Shown here: positions 31,965 through 44,011 of the stretch, piece after piece
Layout of the letters: each line of letters begins with the position of its first letter
Position numbering within the stretch: the first letter of the stretch is position 1
Source: Mycobacterium sp.
GTDB taxonomy: Bacteria; Actinomycetota; Actinomycetes; Mycobacteriales; Mycobacteriaceae
Assembly: GCA_032159765.1 (NCBI GenBank)
Contig: JAVHWM010000130.1
Span: forward strand, 12,277 to 76,276
Direction: 5' to 3'
DNA: 64,000 nt
Notes under the pieces: generated by a model
What the model was told of the DNA's origin: nothing
The model's database searches: none
What the model saw: only the letters and a program-made list of their open reading frames with translations
Translations under genes and position numbers: made by a program

Positions 31965-32558
31965 ATGGAGTCAGATTCGCCAGCACAGCAGCCCACCAAC
32001 GCGTGGGGATCGCCGCAAAGTTCGCGGTGGTCCAAACGGCAGACACTGGCCGCGGTCGGAATAGCAGTAGTGATCGGGGGTCTCGGCGGCGCCGCGATCT
32101 TCGCGGCCACCGGTGGCGACGCCCGTGCGGCGGGCCCGGGACGGCATGCCGGCCAGTGGGGACCAGGTGCTCCGGGCGGCGGCCCAGGCGGCCCAGGCGG
32201 ACCCGGTGGCGGTTGGCAATCGGGCGGGCCGGGTGGTCCGGGACGTGCCGCGCCGCTTCACGGCGAGTTCGTCGTCTTCGATGAGGACGCCGGCTACATC
32301 ACAGAGATGACGCAGACCGGCGTCGTCACGTCCGTCTCGGACACGTCGCTCACCGCCAAGAGCGCGGACGGATTCACGCAGACCTACGTGCTGGCCTCCG
32401 GCGCCACGAAAGGGCAAGTGGAGGTCAACGACACGGTCAGCATCCGCGCGACGAAGGCTGACGGGCAGGCGACTGCCACGTTTGTGGCCGAGGGCGACGG
32501 TCCCGGCGGCCCGGGCGGTCCGCCGCCGCTGGGGCCGGGCGGTCCGCCGCCGCGTTAA
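31965..32558 (+). CDS. membrane-anchored/exported protein with Gly-Pro tracts, divergent from the two-component system
   Basis: 197 aa. TM LAAVGIAVVIGGLGGAAIFAA, PGGPGG tracts at aa 56-94 and the C-terminus, and a central beta-rich domain HGEFVVFDEDAGYITEMTQTGVVTSVSDTSLTAKSADGFTQTY. No named family recognised. Confidence 0.65.
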   Translation: MESDSPAQQPTNAWGSPQSSRWSKRQTLAAVGIAVVIGGLGGAAIFAATGGDARAAGPGRHAGQWGPGAPGGGPGGPGGPGGGWQSGGPGGPGRAAPLHGEFVVFDEDAGYITEMTQTGVVTSVSDTSLTAKSADGFTQTYVLASGATKGQVEVNDTVSIRATKADGQATATFVAEGDGPGGPGGPPPLGPGGPPPR

Positions 32559-32578
32559 CGGCCTCCTACCATGGAGGC

Positions 32579-33157
32579 ATGGCCACGCAGTCGCGCGCGT
32601 CAATCCCCAATCTTCCAGGGTCGCCGCTCACCTTTGACGTCTTGAGGCTTCCCCGTCGTCCCGGCTCCATGCATGCCGTTCAGCTCACCGTGCCGAGTCC
32701 GTCGCGCATCGGCCTGGACCTCATCGGGATAGCGAAGGGTGCTCCGCTGGAGCTCGACCTGCGGTTCGAGTCGGTGTCGGAGGGGGTGCTGGTCACCGGA
32801 ACGGTGTCGGCACCGACCGTCGGGGAGTGCGCACGATGCCTGACGCCGACCACAGGCGAGATCGAGATCCATCTCATCGAGCTGTTCGCATACCCGGACA
32901 GCACCACCGAAGCGACCACGGAGTCCGACGAGGTCGGGCACATCGTCGACGACACGATCGATTTGGAGCAGCCGCTGATCGACGCGGTCGGGCTGGAGTT
33001 GCCGCTATCGCCGATCTGCAGCGACGACTGTGCCGGCCTGTGCCCGGAGTGCGGTATGCGGCTGGACGACGCCGAACCGGGGCACCACCATGACCAGATC
33101 GATCCGCGGTGGGCGAAACTGTCGGGGATGTTCGATCAAACACCTGACGGCTCGTGA
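32579..33157 (+). CDS. YceD/DUF177 family protein (Rv2926c-like)
   Basis: 192 aa. CARCL ... [13 protein letters not shown] four-Cys motif typical of DUF177. Confidence 0.85.
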   Translation: MATQSRASIPNLPGSPLTFDVLRLPRRPGSMHAVQLTVPSPSRIGLDLIGIAKGAPLELDLRFESVSEGVLVTGTVSAPTVGECARCLTPTTGEIEIHLIELFAYPDSTTEATTESDEVGHIVDDTIDLEQPLIDAVGLELPLSPICSDDCAGLCPECGMRLDDAEPGHHHDQIDPRWAKLSGMFDQTPDGS

Positions 33158-33846
33158 GCGAGTCACGGCAGGCGCTGATCACGGCACTGGGGGTGGAGCT
33201 GCCCGAAGACCTGCTGACGCTTGCGCTGACACACCGCAGTTATGCCTACGAGCACGGCGGCCTTCCGACCAACGAGCGCCTCGAGTTCCTCGGGGACGCG
33301 GTGCTGGGGCTGACGATCACCGACGAGTTGTTCCACCGCCACCCGGAGCGCTCGGAGGGTGATCTGGCCAAGCTGCGGGCCAGCATCGTCAACACCCAGG
33401 CACTGGCCGACGTCGCCCGCGGCCTCACCGACGACGGGCTCGGGGCATACCTGCTCCTCGGCCGCGGTGAGGAGAACACCGGCGGCTCGGACAAGTCGAG
33501 CATCCTGGCCGACACCACGGAGTCGCTGCTGGGCGCGGTGTACCTGCACCACGGCATCGTCATCGCCCGCGATGTGATCCTCCGGCTGTTCGCCGGGTTG
33601 CTCGACACGGCGCCGACGCTGGGCGCGGGCCTCGATTGGAAGACCAGTCTTCAGGAGCTCACCGCAGCTCGGGGGCTCGGTGTCCCGGTGTATCTCGTCA
33701 CCTCGACCGGGCCCGACCACGACAAGCAATTCACGGCGACCGTCGTCGTCGTGGACACCGAGTACGGCGAAGGGGTTGGGCGGTCCAAGAAGGAGGCCGA
33801 GCAGAAGGCGGCGGCCGCGGCGTGGACCGCACTCGACAGTGCCTGA
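33154..33846 (+). CDS. rnc: ribonuclease III
   Basis: [14 protein letters not shown] signature and a C-terminal dsRBD ([16 protein letters not shown]). GTGA overlap with yceD. Confidence 0.95.
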   Translation: MSESRQALITALGVELPEDLLTLALTHRSYAYEHGGLPTNERLEFLGDAVLGLTITDELFHRHPERSEGDLAKLRASIVNTQALADVARGLTDDGLGAYLLLGRGEENTGGSDKSSILADTTESLLGAVYLHHGIVIARDVILRLFAGLLDTAPTLGAGLDWKTSLQELTAARGLGVPVYLVTSTGPDHDKQFTATVVVVDTEYGEGVGRSKKEAEQKAAAAAWTALDSA

Positions 33847-34693
33847 GCTTCCCGAAGTCGAAACCGTCCGCCGCGGGTTGGCCGCCCATGTCACGAACCG
33901 GGAGATCACCGCGGTGCGTGTGCATCACCCGCGCGCGGTGCGCAGGCACGAAGCCGGCGCCGCAGACCTGACCGCCCGGTTGCTCGGGCAGCGCATCGTC
34001 GGCACCGGCAGGCGGGGAAAGTACTTGTGGCTCACCATGTCTGACGGCTCGGCGCTGGTGGTGCACCTCGGCATGAGCGGGCAGATGCTGCTGGGTCAGG
34101 TGCCGCGCTCCGACCATGTGCGCATTGCCGCGCTGCTCGACGACGGCACCGCGCTGAGCTTCGTCGACCAACGGACGTTCGGGGGGTGGATGCTCGCGGA
34201 GATGGTCGAAGCCGACGGCACCGTCGTGCCGACGCCGGTAGCCCATCTCGGACGGGACCCGCTCGATCCGCTGTTCGACGCCGAGGGCGTCGTTAAGGTG
34301 TTGCGGGGCAAGCACTCTGAGCTCAAACGCCAGCTTCTGGACCAGACGGTGGTGTCGGGCATCGGCAACATCTACGCCGATGAGGCGCTGTGGCGGGCGA
34401 AACTCAACGGCGCGCGGATTGCGTCCTCGCTGAGCCGCGCGAAGTTGCGGAGCGTGCTCGACGCGGCCGCAGAGGTGATGGGTGACGCCCTCGATCAGGG
34501 CGGCACGTCGTTCGATTCTCTTTATGTCAACGTCAACGGCGAATCCGGGTACTTCGACAGGTCACTCGACGCCTACGGGCGCGAGGGCATGCCCTGTCGG
34601 CGCTGCGGTGCGGTGATCCGCCGCGAGAAGTTCATGAACCGCTCGTCGTTCTACTGCCCGCGCTGCCAACCTCGCCCCCGACCGAAAGGCTGA
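33839..34693 (+). CDS. mutM: formamidopyrimidine-DNA glycosylase
   Basis: GTG 33839 gives (M)[14 protein letters not shown]-terminal zinc finger CRRCG...CPRCQ. The track ORF from 33680 is an in-frame extension over the rnc 3' end. Confidence 0.93.
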   Translation: MPELPEVETVRRGLAAHVTNREITAVRVHHPRAVRRHEAGAADLTARLLGQRIVGTGRRGKYLWLTMSDGSALVVHLGMSGQMLLGQVPRSDHVRIAALLDDGTALSFVDQRTFGGWMLAEMVEADGTVVPTPVAHLGRDPLDPLFDAEGVVKVLRGKHSELKRQLLDQTVVSGIGNIYADEALWRAKLNGARIASSLSRAKLRSVLDAAAEVMGDALDQGGTSFDSLYVNVNGESGYFDRSLDAYGREGMPCRRCGAVIRREKFMNRSSFYCPRCQPRPRPKG

Positions 34694-34694
34694 A

Positions 34695-35102
34695 ATGACG
34701 GAATTGTGGGTCCAACGCACGGGCGTGCGCCGCTATACCGGCCGCAGCTCCCGCGGCGCCCAAGTGCTGGTGGGCAGCGAGGACGTCGAGGGCGTCTTCA
34801 CCCCCGGTGAGCTGATGAAGATCGCATTGGCAGCGTGCAGCGGCATGAGCAGCGACCAGCCCCTGCGGCGGCGCCTCGGCGACGACTACGCGGCCACGAT
34901 CCGGGTATCCGGCGACGCGGACCGGGACAACGAGGTCTACCCGCTGCTCGAGGAATCTCTCGAGGTCGACCTCTCAGGCCTCTTGGACGACGAAGTGGAA
35001 CGGCTCGTCACCGTCGTCACCCGGGCCGTTGACCAGGTCTGCACCGTAGGCCGGACCCTGAAGGCTGGGACGACGGTGACGTTCGAGGTCAAGCGTGACT
35101 GA
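34695..35102 (+). CDS. OsmC family protein (Rv2923c-like)
   Basis: 135 aa, PGELMKIALAACSGMS OsmC-like motif. Syntenic. Confidence 0.8.
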   Translation: MTELWVQRTGVRRYTGRSSRGAQVLVGSEDVEGVFTPGELMKIALAACSGMSSDQPLRRRLGDDYAATIRVSGDADRDNEVYPLLEESLEVDLSGLLDDEVERLVTVVTRAVDQVCTVGRTLKAGTTVTFEVKRD

Positions 35103-35373
35103 GGACGCCCGGCTCACCGCCTGGGTGCGCGGCCATGTGCAGGGTGTTGGCTTCCGCTGGTGGACCCGCTCCCGCGCGCTCGAGCTCGGGCTGACGGGCT
35201 ATGCGGCCAATAAGGCCGACGGCCGGGTCTTGGTGGTGGCGCAGGGCCCGCGCGAAAAATGCCAGCGTCTGCTCGACCTTTTGCAGGCCGGCAACACGCC
35301 GGGAACCGTCGACAACGTGCTCGCGGACTTCTCTGAGCGCACGGAAGCCATCTCCGGGTTCTCGGAGCGCTAG
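35095..35373 (+). CDS. acyP: acylphosphatase
   Basis: 92 aa, [13 protein letters not shown] signature. 8-nt overlap with the upstream gene. Confidence 0.9.
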   Translation: MTEDARLTAWVRGHVQGVGFRWWTRSRALELGLTGYAANKADGRVLVVAQGPREKCQRLLDLLQAGNTPGTVDNVLADFSERTEAISGFSER

Positions 35374-35384
35374 TCTCACACCTC

Positions 35385-38300
35385 GTGCACCTCAAGAGTC
35401 TGACGCTGAAGGGCTTCAAGTCCTTCGCCTCACCGACGACTCTTCGTTTCGAACCGGGCATCACCTGCGTCGTCGGCCCCAACGGGGCGGGCAAGAGCAA
35501 CGTCGTCGACGCCCTGTCGTGGGTGATGGGCGAGCAGGGTGCCAAGTCGCTGCGGGGCGGCAAGATGGAGGACGTCATCTTCGCGGGCACGTCGTCGCGC
35601 GCGCCGCTGGGCCGCGCCGAGGTGACCGTCACGATCGACAACACCGACAACGCGCTGCCAATCGACTACACCGAGGTGTCGATCACCCGGCGGATGTTCC
35701 GCGACGGTGCCAGCGAGTACGAAATCAACGGCAGCGCTTGCCGTTTGATGGATGTGCAGGAACTCCTATCCGACTCGGGCATCGGCCGCGAGATGCACGT
35801 CATCGTCGGCCAGGGCAAGCTCTCCGAGATTCTGGAAGCGCGTCCGGAGGACCGCCGGGCGTTCATCGAGGAAGCCGCCGGGGTGCTCAAGCACCGCAAG
35901 CGCAAGGAAAAGGCGGTCCGCAAGCTGGAATCGATGTCGGCCAACCTGGCCCGGCTGACCGACCTCGCCACCGAGCTGCGGCGCCAGCTCAAACCGCTCG
36001 GCAGGCAGGCCGAGGTGGCCCGCCGCGCGCAGACGATCCAGGCAGATCTGCGCGACGCCCGGCTGCGGCTGGCGGCCGACGATCTGGTGACCCGCCGCAA
36101 TGAGTTCGCCGGGGTCGGTGACGCCGAGGCGGCGCTGCGCCGCGAGCACGACGAAGCCGCCGCGCTGCTGGAGGCCGCCACAGCCGAGTACGCCGGTCAC
36201 GAGGACGCGGTAGCCGCTCTGACCGATCGCGCCGAACACGCACAGCAGACCTGGTTCCGGTTATCGGCGCTGGCCGAGCGAGTAAGCGCCACCGTCCGCA
36301 TCGCCACAGAACGTGCGCAGCATCTGGACACCGAGCCGGCTCCGACTTCCGGCGTCGACCCCGACATGCTGGATGCCGAAGCCGACGAGGTGGCTGCGAC
36401 GGAAGGCCGGCTGGTCGCCGATCTGGGCGAGGCCCAGGCCCATCTCGAGGGTGCGCGTACTCAGATGGCGGAGGCCGAGCGCGTCGCCGCTGAAGCGGAG
36501 AAGGCCCACCTGGCTGCCGTGCGGGCCGAAGCCGACCGGCGCGAAGGCCTGGCGCGGCTGGCCGGCCAGGTCGACACGATGCGCACCCGCGTGGATTCGA
36601 CCGACGAGGCGGTCGGCAGGCTCACCGATGCCATCGACGAGGCGGCGTCACGCGCGCAGCAGTCGCAGGCCGAATTCGAGACCGTGCGGGCCAAGGTCGG
36701 TGCGCTCGACGAGGGGGAGAGCCGCCTCGACGAGCACCACGATCGGTCCGTTGCTGCCCTGCGCCTGGCCGACGAGCGGCTCGCGGAGCTGCAGGCCGCC
36801 GAGCGCAGCGCAGAACGTGAGGTCGCGTCGCTGCAGGCCCGCATCGAGGCACTCTCCGTCGGACTCGATCGTAAGGACGGGGCAGCGTGGTTAGCTGAAA
36901 ACCTCGTTGACGCAGGTTTTTTCGGATCGCTCGCGAAGCACGTCAACGTGCGCACCGGCTATGAAGCAGCGGTTGCGGCTGTCCTTGGTGCGGCCGCCGA
37001 CGCGATCGCCGTGGAAGACGCCGCGGTCGCCCGTTCCGCGGTTGCGGCGCTCAAGCAGTCTGACGGCGGCAGGGCGGCGATCGTGCTCGGCGATTGGCCG
37101 GCGCCCGCCGATCCGCGCCCGGTCGCGCTGCCCGCTGGCGCGGTGTGGGCCGTCGACCTCGTCGAGGCATCCGAGAAGCTTCGGCACGCGGTCGCAGCGA
37201 TGCTGTCGGGCGTCGTAGTGGTCACCGACCTGCACGCCGCGCTGGATCTCGTCACCGCGCACCCGCAGCTGCGCGCCGTCACGCCCGACGGCGACCTCGT
37301 CGGCGCCGGCTGGGTCAGCGGAGGCTCTGACCGGCGCCCCAGCACCTTGGAGATCACCTCAGAGATCGGCAACGCGCGCAATGAGCTGTCGGCAGCCGAG
37401 ACGCGGCAGCGTGAGCTCGCCGCAGCGCTGGCCGGGGCGCTGGCTGAGCAGAACGACCGCCAGGACGCTGCCGAGCAGGCGCTGGCGGCCCTCAACGAGT
37501 CGGACGCGAGGATCGCCTCGGCCTACGAGCAGTTGGGGCGTCTCGGCCAGGATGCGCGCACCGCCGACGAGGAGTGGCGCCGTCTGACCGAACAGCGCGA
37601 GGAGCTGGAGGCCACGCGTGCGCGGACCGTCGAGGAACTGACGGACCTCGAACAGCGGCTCGCCAACGCCCAGCATGCGCAGGACCCGGTTGCTGACGAC
37701 TCCGCCGAGCGCCAGGCGAGCATGGCTGCCGCCGAGGCCGCGAGGACCAACGAGATCGAGGCGCGGCTGGCGGTTAGAACTGCCGAGGAACGCGTGAATG
37801 CTGTTCGGGGACGGGCGGATTCGCTGCGACGGGCGGCCGCCGCCGAACGAGAGGCGCGGGTTCGGGCCGAGCGGGCCAAACAGGCGCGACGCCATGCTGC
37901 TGCGGTCGCAGCCGCGGTCGCCGAGGCGGGCCAGCAGGTGGCGTTGCAACTTTCGCAGGCCGTCGCTGCCGCGTCGCTGACCCGCGACGGCTTGGCGGCC
38001 GAACGCACACAGCGCGCCGCAGCGCTTTCCGCGATCCGCTCGACGGTGGCCACGCTGAACACCAAGATCAGCGCCCTGACCGAGGCCCTGCATCGCGACG
38101 AGGTGGTCAAGGCGCAGGCGGCGCTGCGGATCGAACAGCTCGAGGAGCATGTTCTCGAACAGTTCGGCATGGCCTCTGCCGACTTGATTGCCGAGTACGG
38201 GCCCGATGTGCCGTTGCCGCCACCGGAACTCGAGGTTGCCGAATACGAGCAAGCCCGCGAGCGCGGCGAGCAGGTGACCGCGCCGGCGCCGATGGCCTAC

Positions 38301-38972
38301 GACAGGCCCACCCAGGAACGCCGGGCCAAGCGCACCGAACGCGAACTCGCCGAGCTGGGCCGGGTCAACCCGCTGGCCCTCGAGGAGTTCGCCGCGCTCG
38401 AGGAGCGCTACAACTTCCTGTCGACGCAGCTGGAAGACGTGAAAGCCGCACGCAAGGACCTGCTCGGCGTGGTGGCCGACGTCGACGCGCGGATCGTGGC
38501 GGTGTTCACCGAGGCCTACATCGACGTCGAACGCGAGTTCCGGGCGGTGTTCGAGGCGCTGTTTCCCGGTGGTGAGGGCAGGCTGTTGCTGACCGATCCC
38601 GATGACATGCTGACCACCGGCATCGAAGTCGAGGCACGCCCGCCCGGCAAGAAGATCAAGAGGCTCTCGCTGTTGTCCGGCGGCGAGAAATCGCTCGCCG
38701 CGATCGCGATGCTGGTGGCGATCTTCCGTGCCCGCCCATCGCCGTTCTACGTGATGGACGAGGTCGAGGCCGCGTTGGACGACGCGAACCTGCGCCGGCT
38801 GCTGTTGCTGTTCGCCGAGTTGCGCGCCCAGTCGCAGCTGCTCGTGATCACACACCAAAAGCCGACCATGGAGGTCGCCGACGCGTTGTACGGCGTCACG
38901 ATGCGCGACGACGGCATCACGACCGTGATCTCGCAGCGGATGCGCGGCCAGGAACTGGTGGGCACGGGCTAG
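35385..38972 (+). CDS. smc: chromosome segregation protein SMC
   Basis: 1195 aa. Walker [10 protein letters not shown], long coiled coils, signature [12 protein letters not shown], Walker [13 protein letters not shown]. Confidence 0.95.
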   Translation: MHLKSLTLKGFKSFASPTTLRFEPGITCVVGPNGAGKSNVVDALSWVMGEQGAKSLRGGKMEDVIFAGTSSRAPLGRAEVTVTIDNTDNALPIDYTEVSITRRMFRDGASEYEINGSACRLMDVQELLSDSGIGREMHVIVGQGKLSEILEARPEDRRAFIEEAAGVLKHRKRKEKAVRKLESMSANLARLTDLATELRRQLKPLGRQAEVARRAQTIQADLRDARLRLAADDLVTRRNEFAGVGDAEAALRREHDEAAALLEAATAEYAGHEDAVAALTDRAEHAQQTWFRLSALAERVSATVRIATERAQHLDTEPAPTSGVDPDMLDAEADEVAATEGRLVADLGEAQAHLEGARTQMAEAERVAAEAEKAHLAAVRAEADRREGLARLAGQVDTMRTRVDSTDEAVGRLTDAIDEAASRAQQSQAEFETVRAKVGALDEGESRLDEHHDRSVAALRLADERLAELQAAERSAEREVASLQARIEALSVGLDRKDGAAWLAENLVDAGFFGSLAKHVNVRTGYEAAVAAVLGAAADAIAVEDAAVARSAVAALKQSDGGRAAIVLGDWPAPADPRPVALPAGAVWAVDLVEASEKLRHAVAAMLSGVVVVTDLHAALDLVTAHPQLRAVTPDGDLVGAGWVSGGSDRRPSTLEITSEIGNARNELSAAETRQRELAAALAGALAEQNDRQDAAEQALAALNESDARIASAYEQLGRLGQDARTADEEWRRLTEQREELEATRARTVEELTDLEQRLANAQHAQDPVADDSAERQASMAAAEAARTNEIEARLAVRTAEERVNAVRGRADSLRRAAAAEREARVRAERAKQARRHAAAVAAAVAEAGQQVALQLSQAVAAASLTRDGLAAERTQRAAALSAIRSTVATLNTKISALTEALHRDEVVKAQAALRIEQLEEHVLEQFGMASADLIAEYGPDVPLPPPELEVAEYEQARERGEQVTAPAPMAYDRPTQERRAKRTERELAELGRVNPLALEEFAALEERYNFLSTQLEDVKAARKDLLGVVADVDARIVAVFTEAYIDVEREFRAVFEALFPGGEGRLLLTDPDDMLTTGIEVEARPPGKKIKRLSLLSGGEKSLAAIAMLVAIFRARPSPFYVMDEVEAALDDANLRRLLLLFAELRAQSQLLVITHQKPTMEVADALYGVTMRDDGITTVISQRMRGQELVGTG

Positions 38973-39038
38973 CGCTGACTTGGCTCGTGTTTGCAGATCT
39001 ACGTATTTCGCCCGCGGGTCTGTGTCATCGTTCAGGTT

Positions 39039-39731
39039 ATGAGCAGCAAGTTCACAGGGTGGGCGAGAGCGATCATCGCTGTGTGCCTATCCGCGGGAAT
39101 GCTTGCCGGTGCGGGCCCATCCTGGGCACGCCCGCCATATCCGCTCGCTCCGGTGTGCACGAACTGGCTCTTCAATGGATTCACCCAGCTGACCCGCAGT
39201 GATGGTTGGGTCATGTGGTTCATCTCAGACAACGCAGGGGTGCCCGAGACTGCAAGGTTCAACAAACCACTCCCAGACGGAGGGTTTTCGAACGGCCCAC
39301 TAGTGGGCGGTATCCAGGGAACGGCCATGAACATCAGGGAGCAGGTAACCGGAGACCCAGTTTGGACGCTGTGGGCGGGCAACATTGATCAGGCCGGTAA
39401 CGCGTCCGGCATAATCGAGAACTCCAGCACGTCAGGAGTCACCTGGCACACAAATGCGCCCTTGAGGTGCCAGTCGGCGCCACCATCCCTTCAGGGCCCG
39501 ACTGTTTCGTGGGACTACTGGCCTGGGGGCGTCACCGCCCATATCACGGACCGCAGTGGGATCGATGCCCAATGTACTTACACCGCCGACTGGTACGACC
39601 GCAGCTTTTTCCTGCCCGCCAACTCCACATACGACCTAGTGATCTGGCCGGCTATACCGGAACACCGGAATTGGCACATCACGATCGCCTGTGACAACGG
39701 CACAAGGACAGAAACCACGACGTTCTTCTGA
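39039..39731 (+). CDS. secreted hypothetical protein (low-GC, atypical codon usage)
   Basis: ATG 39039 gives the signal peptide MSSKFTGWARAIIAVCLSAGMLAGAGPSWA. No recognisable family. Sampled 60-nt blocks are about 53-62% GC against about 68% in flanking smc. Confidence 0.6.
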   Translation: MSSKFTGWARAIIAVCLSAGMLAGAGPSWARPPYPLAPVCTNWLFNGFTQLTRSDGWVMWFISDNAGVPETARFNKPLPDGGFSNGPLVGGIQGTAMNIREQVTGDPVWTLWAGNIDQAGNASGIIENSSTSGVTWHTNAPLRCQSAPPSLQGPTVSWDYWPGGVTAHITDRSGIDAQCTYTADWYDRSFFLPANSTYDLVIWPAIPEHRNWHITIACDNGTRTETTTFF

Positions 39732-39747
39732 GTGGACCGCGCCGCAG

Positions 39748-40827
39748 CTAGGCGATCTGCGTCAGTCCGATTGCCCGCAGCGCCGCCAAATCGCCTGCAC
39801 CGCAACCATGTAGGCATATCTGCAGTTCCTCGATGAAGTTGTGCAGCCAGTCGGACACCGCGGACGCCGACGCGATCGCGGGCGCGAGTAACGGCCGTGC
39901 GATCGCGACCACATCGGCACCCAGCGCGATCGCCTTGGCGGCATCCATGCCAGTGCGGATGCCCCCGGACGCGACCAGCGCAACGTCGGGCAGCGCAGTT
40001 CGCACCTCGACGATCGCTTGTGCGGTCGGCACACCCCAGTCGGCCAGTTCGGGGTGGCGGAGCTCGCCGTAGCGCACGAATTGCTCCACCCGCGACCATG
40101 ACGTGCCGCCTGCGCCGGCCACGTCGAGCGCTGCCACCGGCAGCTCACCCGGGATGCGGATCAGCTCGGCCACCGCGGCCGCGCCGAGGCCGTGTCCGAC
40201 CTCCTTGAGCAGGATCGGATAGCCGAGCGAGGAAGCGACATCGCGCAACCGCGTGATCGACCCCGAGAAGTCGGTGTCACCGCCGCTCTGCATGGCTTCC
40301 TGGAGCGGATTGGTGTGCACGGCCAGCGCATCCGCGCCGACGCGGTCGAGCGCCCTGACGAGGTCAGGCAGCGCCGACTTGGTCAATTGAGACAACCCGA
40401 TGTTGCCAACGAGCAGGACATCGGGCGCGACGTCGCGGACCGCGAAACTGGCGGCAGCGCGTTCGCCCAGAGCGCTGTCGAGCATGATCCGCTGCGAGCC
40501 GAGCATCATCCCGACGCCCAGCTCGTGCGCGGCGGCCGCCAGGTTGCGGTTGATCGTGCCGGACAGCTCCGCCCCGCCCGTCATCGCTCCGACGAGCACC
40601 GGCGCGCGCAGCCCTACGCCGAGGAAGCCGGCGGAGAGGTCGATCTCGTCGAGGCTGGTCTGGGTCAGCGCGTTGTAGGGCAGCGCATAGCGCTCCAAAC
40701 CCGTGGTCAACGAGCCATTGTCGACGTCCTCGGTCAGGCAGACGTCGATATGCCTGCGCTTGCGCCCGGCCAGCGAGCCGAGCGAGGCTTGTCCGAGCGA
40801 CCGTCCTGCACTGGGGCCGATCGTCAT
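39748..40827 (-). CDS. fni: type 2 (FMN-dependent) isopentenyl-diphosphate delta-isomerase
   Basis: 359 aa from ATG 40827. [71 protein letters not shown] motifs. Track ORF 39748..41619 continues as antisense read-through of ftsY. Confidence 0.88.
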   Translation of the reverse strand: MTIGPSAGRSLGQASLGSLAGRKRRHIDVCLTEDVDNGSLTTGLERYALPYNALTQTSLDEIDLSAGFLGVGLRAPVLVGAMTGGAELSGTINRNLAAAAHELGVGMMLGSQRIMLDSALGERAAASFAVRDVAPDVLLVGNIGLSQLTKSALPDLVRALDRVGADALAVHTNPLQEAMQSGGDTDFSGSITRLRDVASSLGYPILLKEVGHGLGAAAVAELIRIPGELPVAALDVAGAGGTSWSRVEQFVRYGELRHPELADWGVPTAQAIVEVRTALPDVALVASGGIRTGMDAAKAIALGADVVAIARPLLAPAIASASAVSDWLHNFIEELQICLHGCGAGDLAALRAIGLTQIA

Positions 40828-40855
40828 CGCCTGACGCCCTTGGGAGAATGGCGGC

Positions 40856-42106
40856 GTGGGAGAAAGTCTGTGGGTCGCACTCGCTGTCGTCGCCGTTCTG
40901 CTCGTAGCCGCGCTCGTCGTTGGCCTGGTGTTGTTCCGGCGGCGGCGCATCAGCCTCGCAAAGACAGACACCACCACTCGTGAGGATCGCTCCGGCGGGT
41001 ACACCGCCTCGAACACCATAACGTTCAAGGAGTCGTCTCCCACGGCGACAGCCGACGAGGTCGACACCACTGGTCTGCCTGGAGTCGGGGACGACGCCGC
41101 GATTCCGCGCGATTCCGTCACGCGGCCGATCTCCGATGTGCAGCTTCCGCAGGCCGATACCGAGGCGCCGGCGGTCGAGGAGATCGCGCCCCCGGACGGC
41201 CGGCTCGAGCGCCTGCGCGGTCGACTCTCGAAGTCGCAGAACGCAATTGGCCGCAGCATGCTGGGTCTCCTCGGCGGCGGCGACCTGGACGAGGACTCGT
41301 GGCAGGACGTCGAGGACACGCTGCTGGTCGCCGATCTCGGGCCGACCGCAACCGATTCGGTGGTGTCAGCGTTGCGGTCGCGGCTTGCCAGCTCGACCGT
41401 GCGCACCGAGGCCGACGCACGCGCGGTGTTGCACGAGGTTCTGGTCCGTGAACTGCAGCCGGACCTGGATCGTTCGATCAAGGCCGTGCCACATGCGGGC
41501 GCACCCTCGGTGCTGCTGGTAGTGGGGGTCAACGGCACCGGAAAGACGACGACAGTCGGCAAACTCGCCCGCGTGCTGGTGGCTGACGGCAGGCGCGTCG
41601 TCCTCGGTGCCGCCGACACGTTCCGTGCCGCGGCTGCTGATCAGCTGCAGACCTGGGCGTCGCGGGTGGGCGCGCACGTGGTCCGCGGAGCCGAGGGCGC
41701 TGACCCCGCGTCGGTCGCATTCGACGCCGTGAGCACCGGCATCGAGGACGGCGCCGACGTCGTCGTCATCGACACCGCCGGGCGCTTGCACACCAAGGCC
41801 GGCCTGATGGACGAGCTCGGCAAGGTCAAACGGGTCGTCAGCAAGCGCGCCGCAGTGGATGAGGTGTTGCTGGTGCTCGACGCGACGATCGGCCAGAACG
41901 GCCTCGCGCAGGCGCGGGTGTTCGCTGACGTCGTGGAGATCACGGGGGTGGTGTTGACGAAGCTCGACGGCACCGCCAAGGGCGGCATCGTGTTCCGCGT
42001 GCAGCAGGAACTCGGCGTGCCGGTCAAGCTCGTCGGGCTCGGCGAGGGACCCGACGATCTCGCGCCGTTCGAGCCTGCCGCCTTCGTTGACGCTTTGCTC
42101 GGCTGA
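40856..42106 (+). CDS. ftsY: signal recognition particle receptor FtsY
   Basis: 416 aa. N-terminal TM plus acidic region, [32 protein letters not shown]. Confidence 0.95.
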   Translation: MGESLWVALAVVAVLLVAALVVGLVLFRRRRISLAKTDTTTREDRSGGYTASNTITFKESSPTATADEVDTTGLPGVGDDAAIPRDSVTRPISDVQLPQADTEAPAVEEIAPPDGRLERLRGRLSKSQNAIGRSMLGLLGGGDLDEDSWQDVEDTLLVADLGPTATDSVVSALRSRLASSTVRTEADARAVLHEVLVRELQPDLDRSIKAVPHAGAPSVLLVVGVNGTGKTTTVGKLARVLVADGRRVVLGAADTFRAAAADQLQTWASRVGAHVVRGAEGADPASVAFDAVSTGIEDGADVVVIDTAGRLHTKAGLMDELGKVKRVVSKRAAVDEVLLVLDATIGQNGLAQARVFADVVEITGVVLTKLDGTAKGGIVFRVQQELGVPVKLVGLGEGPDDLAPFEPAAFVDALLG

Positions 42107-42121
42107 CAGCAGAGAAGCGCC

Positions 42122-42191
42122 GTAACACCGTCGAAACGCTTGCCCGGCATCCGTTCACACGAGCGAAACACCGCAGCGTCTTAGACGAAAC
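42122..42191 (+). promoter_or_regulatory. putative GlnR operator (tandem gTnAc-n6-GaAAc boxes) upstream of amt-glnB-glnD
   Basis: GTAAC-accgtc-GAAAC at 42122-42137, TTCAC-acgagc-GAAAC at 42154-42169, GCGTC-ttagac-GAAAC at 42176-42191. About 80-150 nt upstream of the amt start. Confidence 0.5.
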
Positions 42192-42271
42192 AACCACTCA
42201 GCATTGTCTTACCCCAGGTCAACGGACGAACTTCCGATGGCCATGACTCTGCTGCTAAGGAGAAACCGCGA

Positions 42272-44007
<1,736 letters not shown>

Positions 44008-44011
44008 GGGG

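Noticed and set aside
39748-41619. 623-aa ORF presented as one gene
   Set aside because: Only the C-terminal 359 codons (from ATG 40827) match type-2 IPP isomerase. The N-terminal 264 codons are antisense to ftsY and Ser/Arg/Thr-rich.
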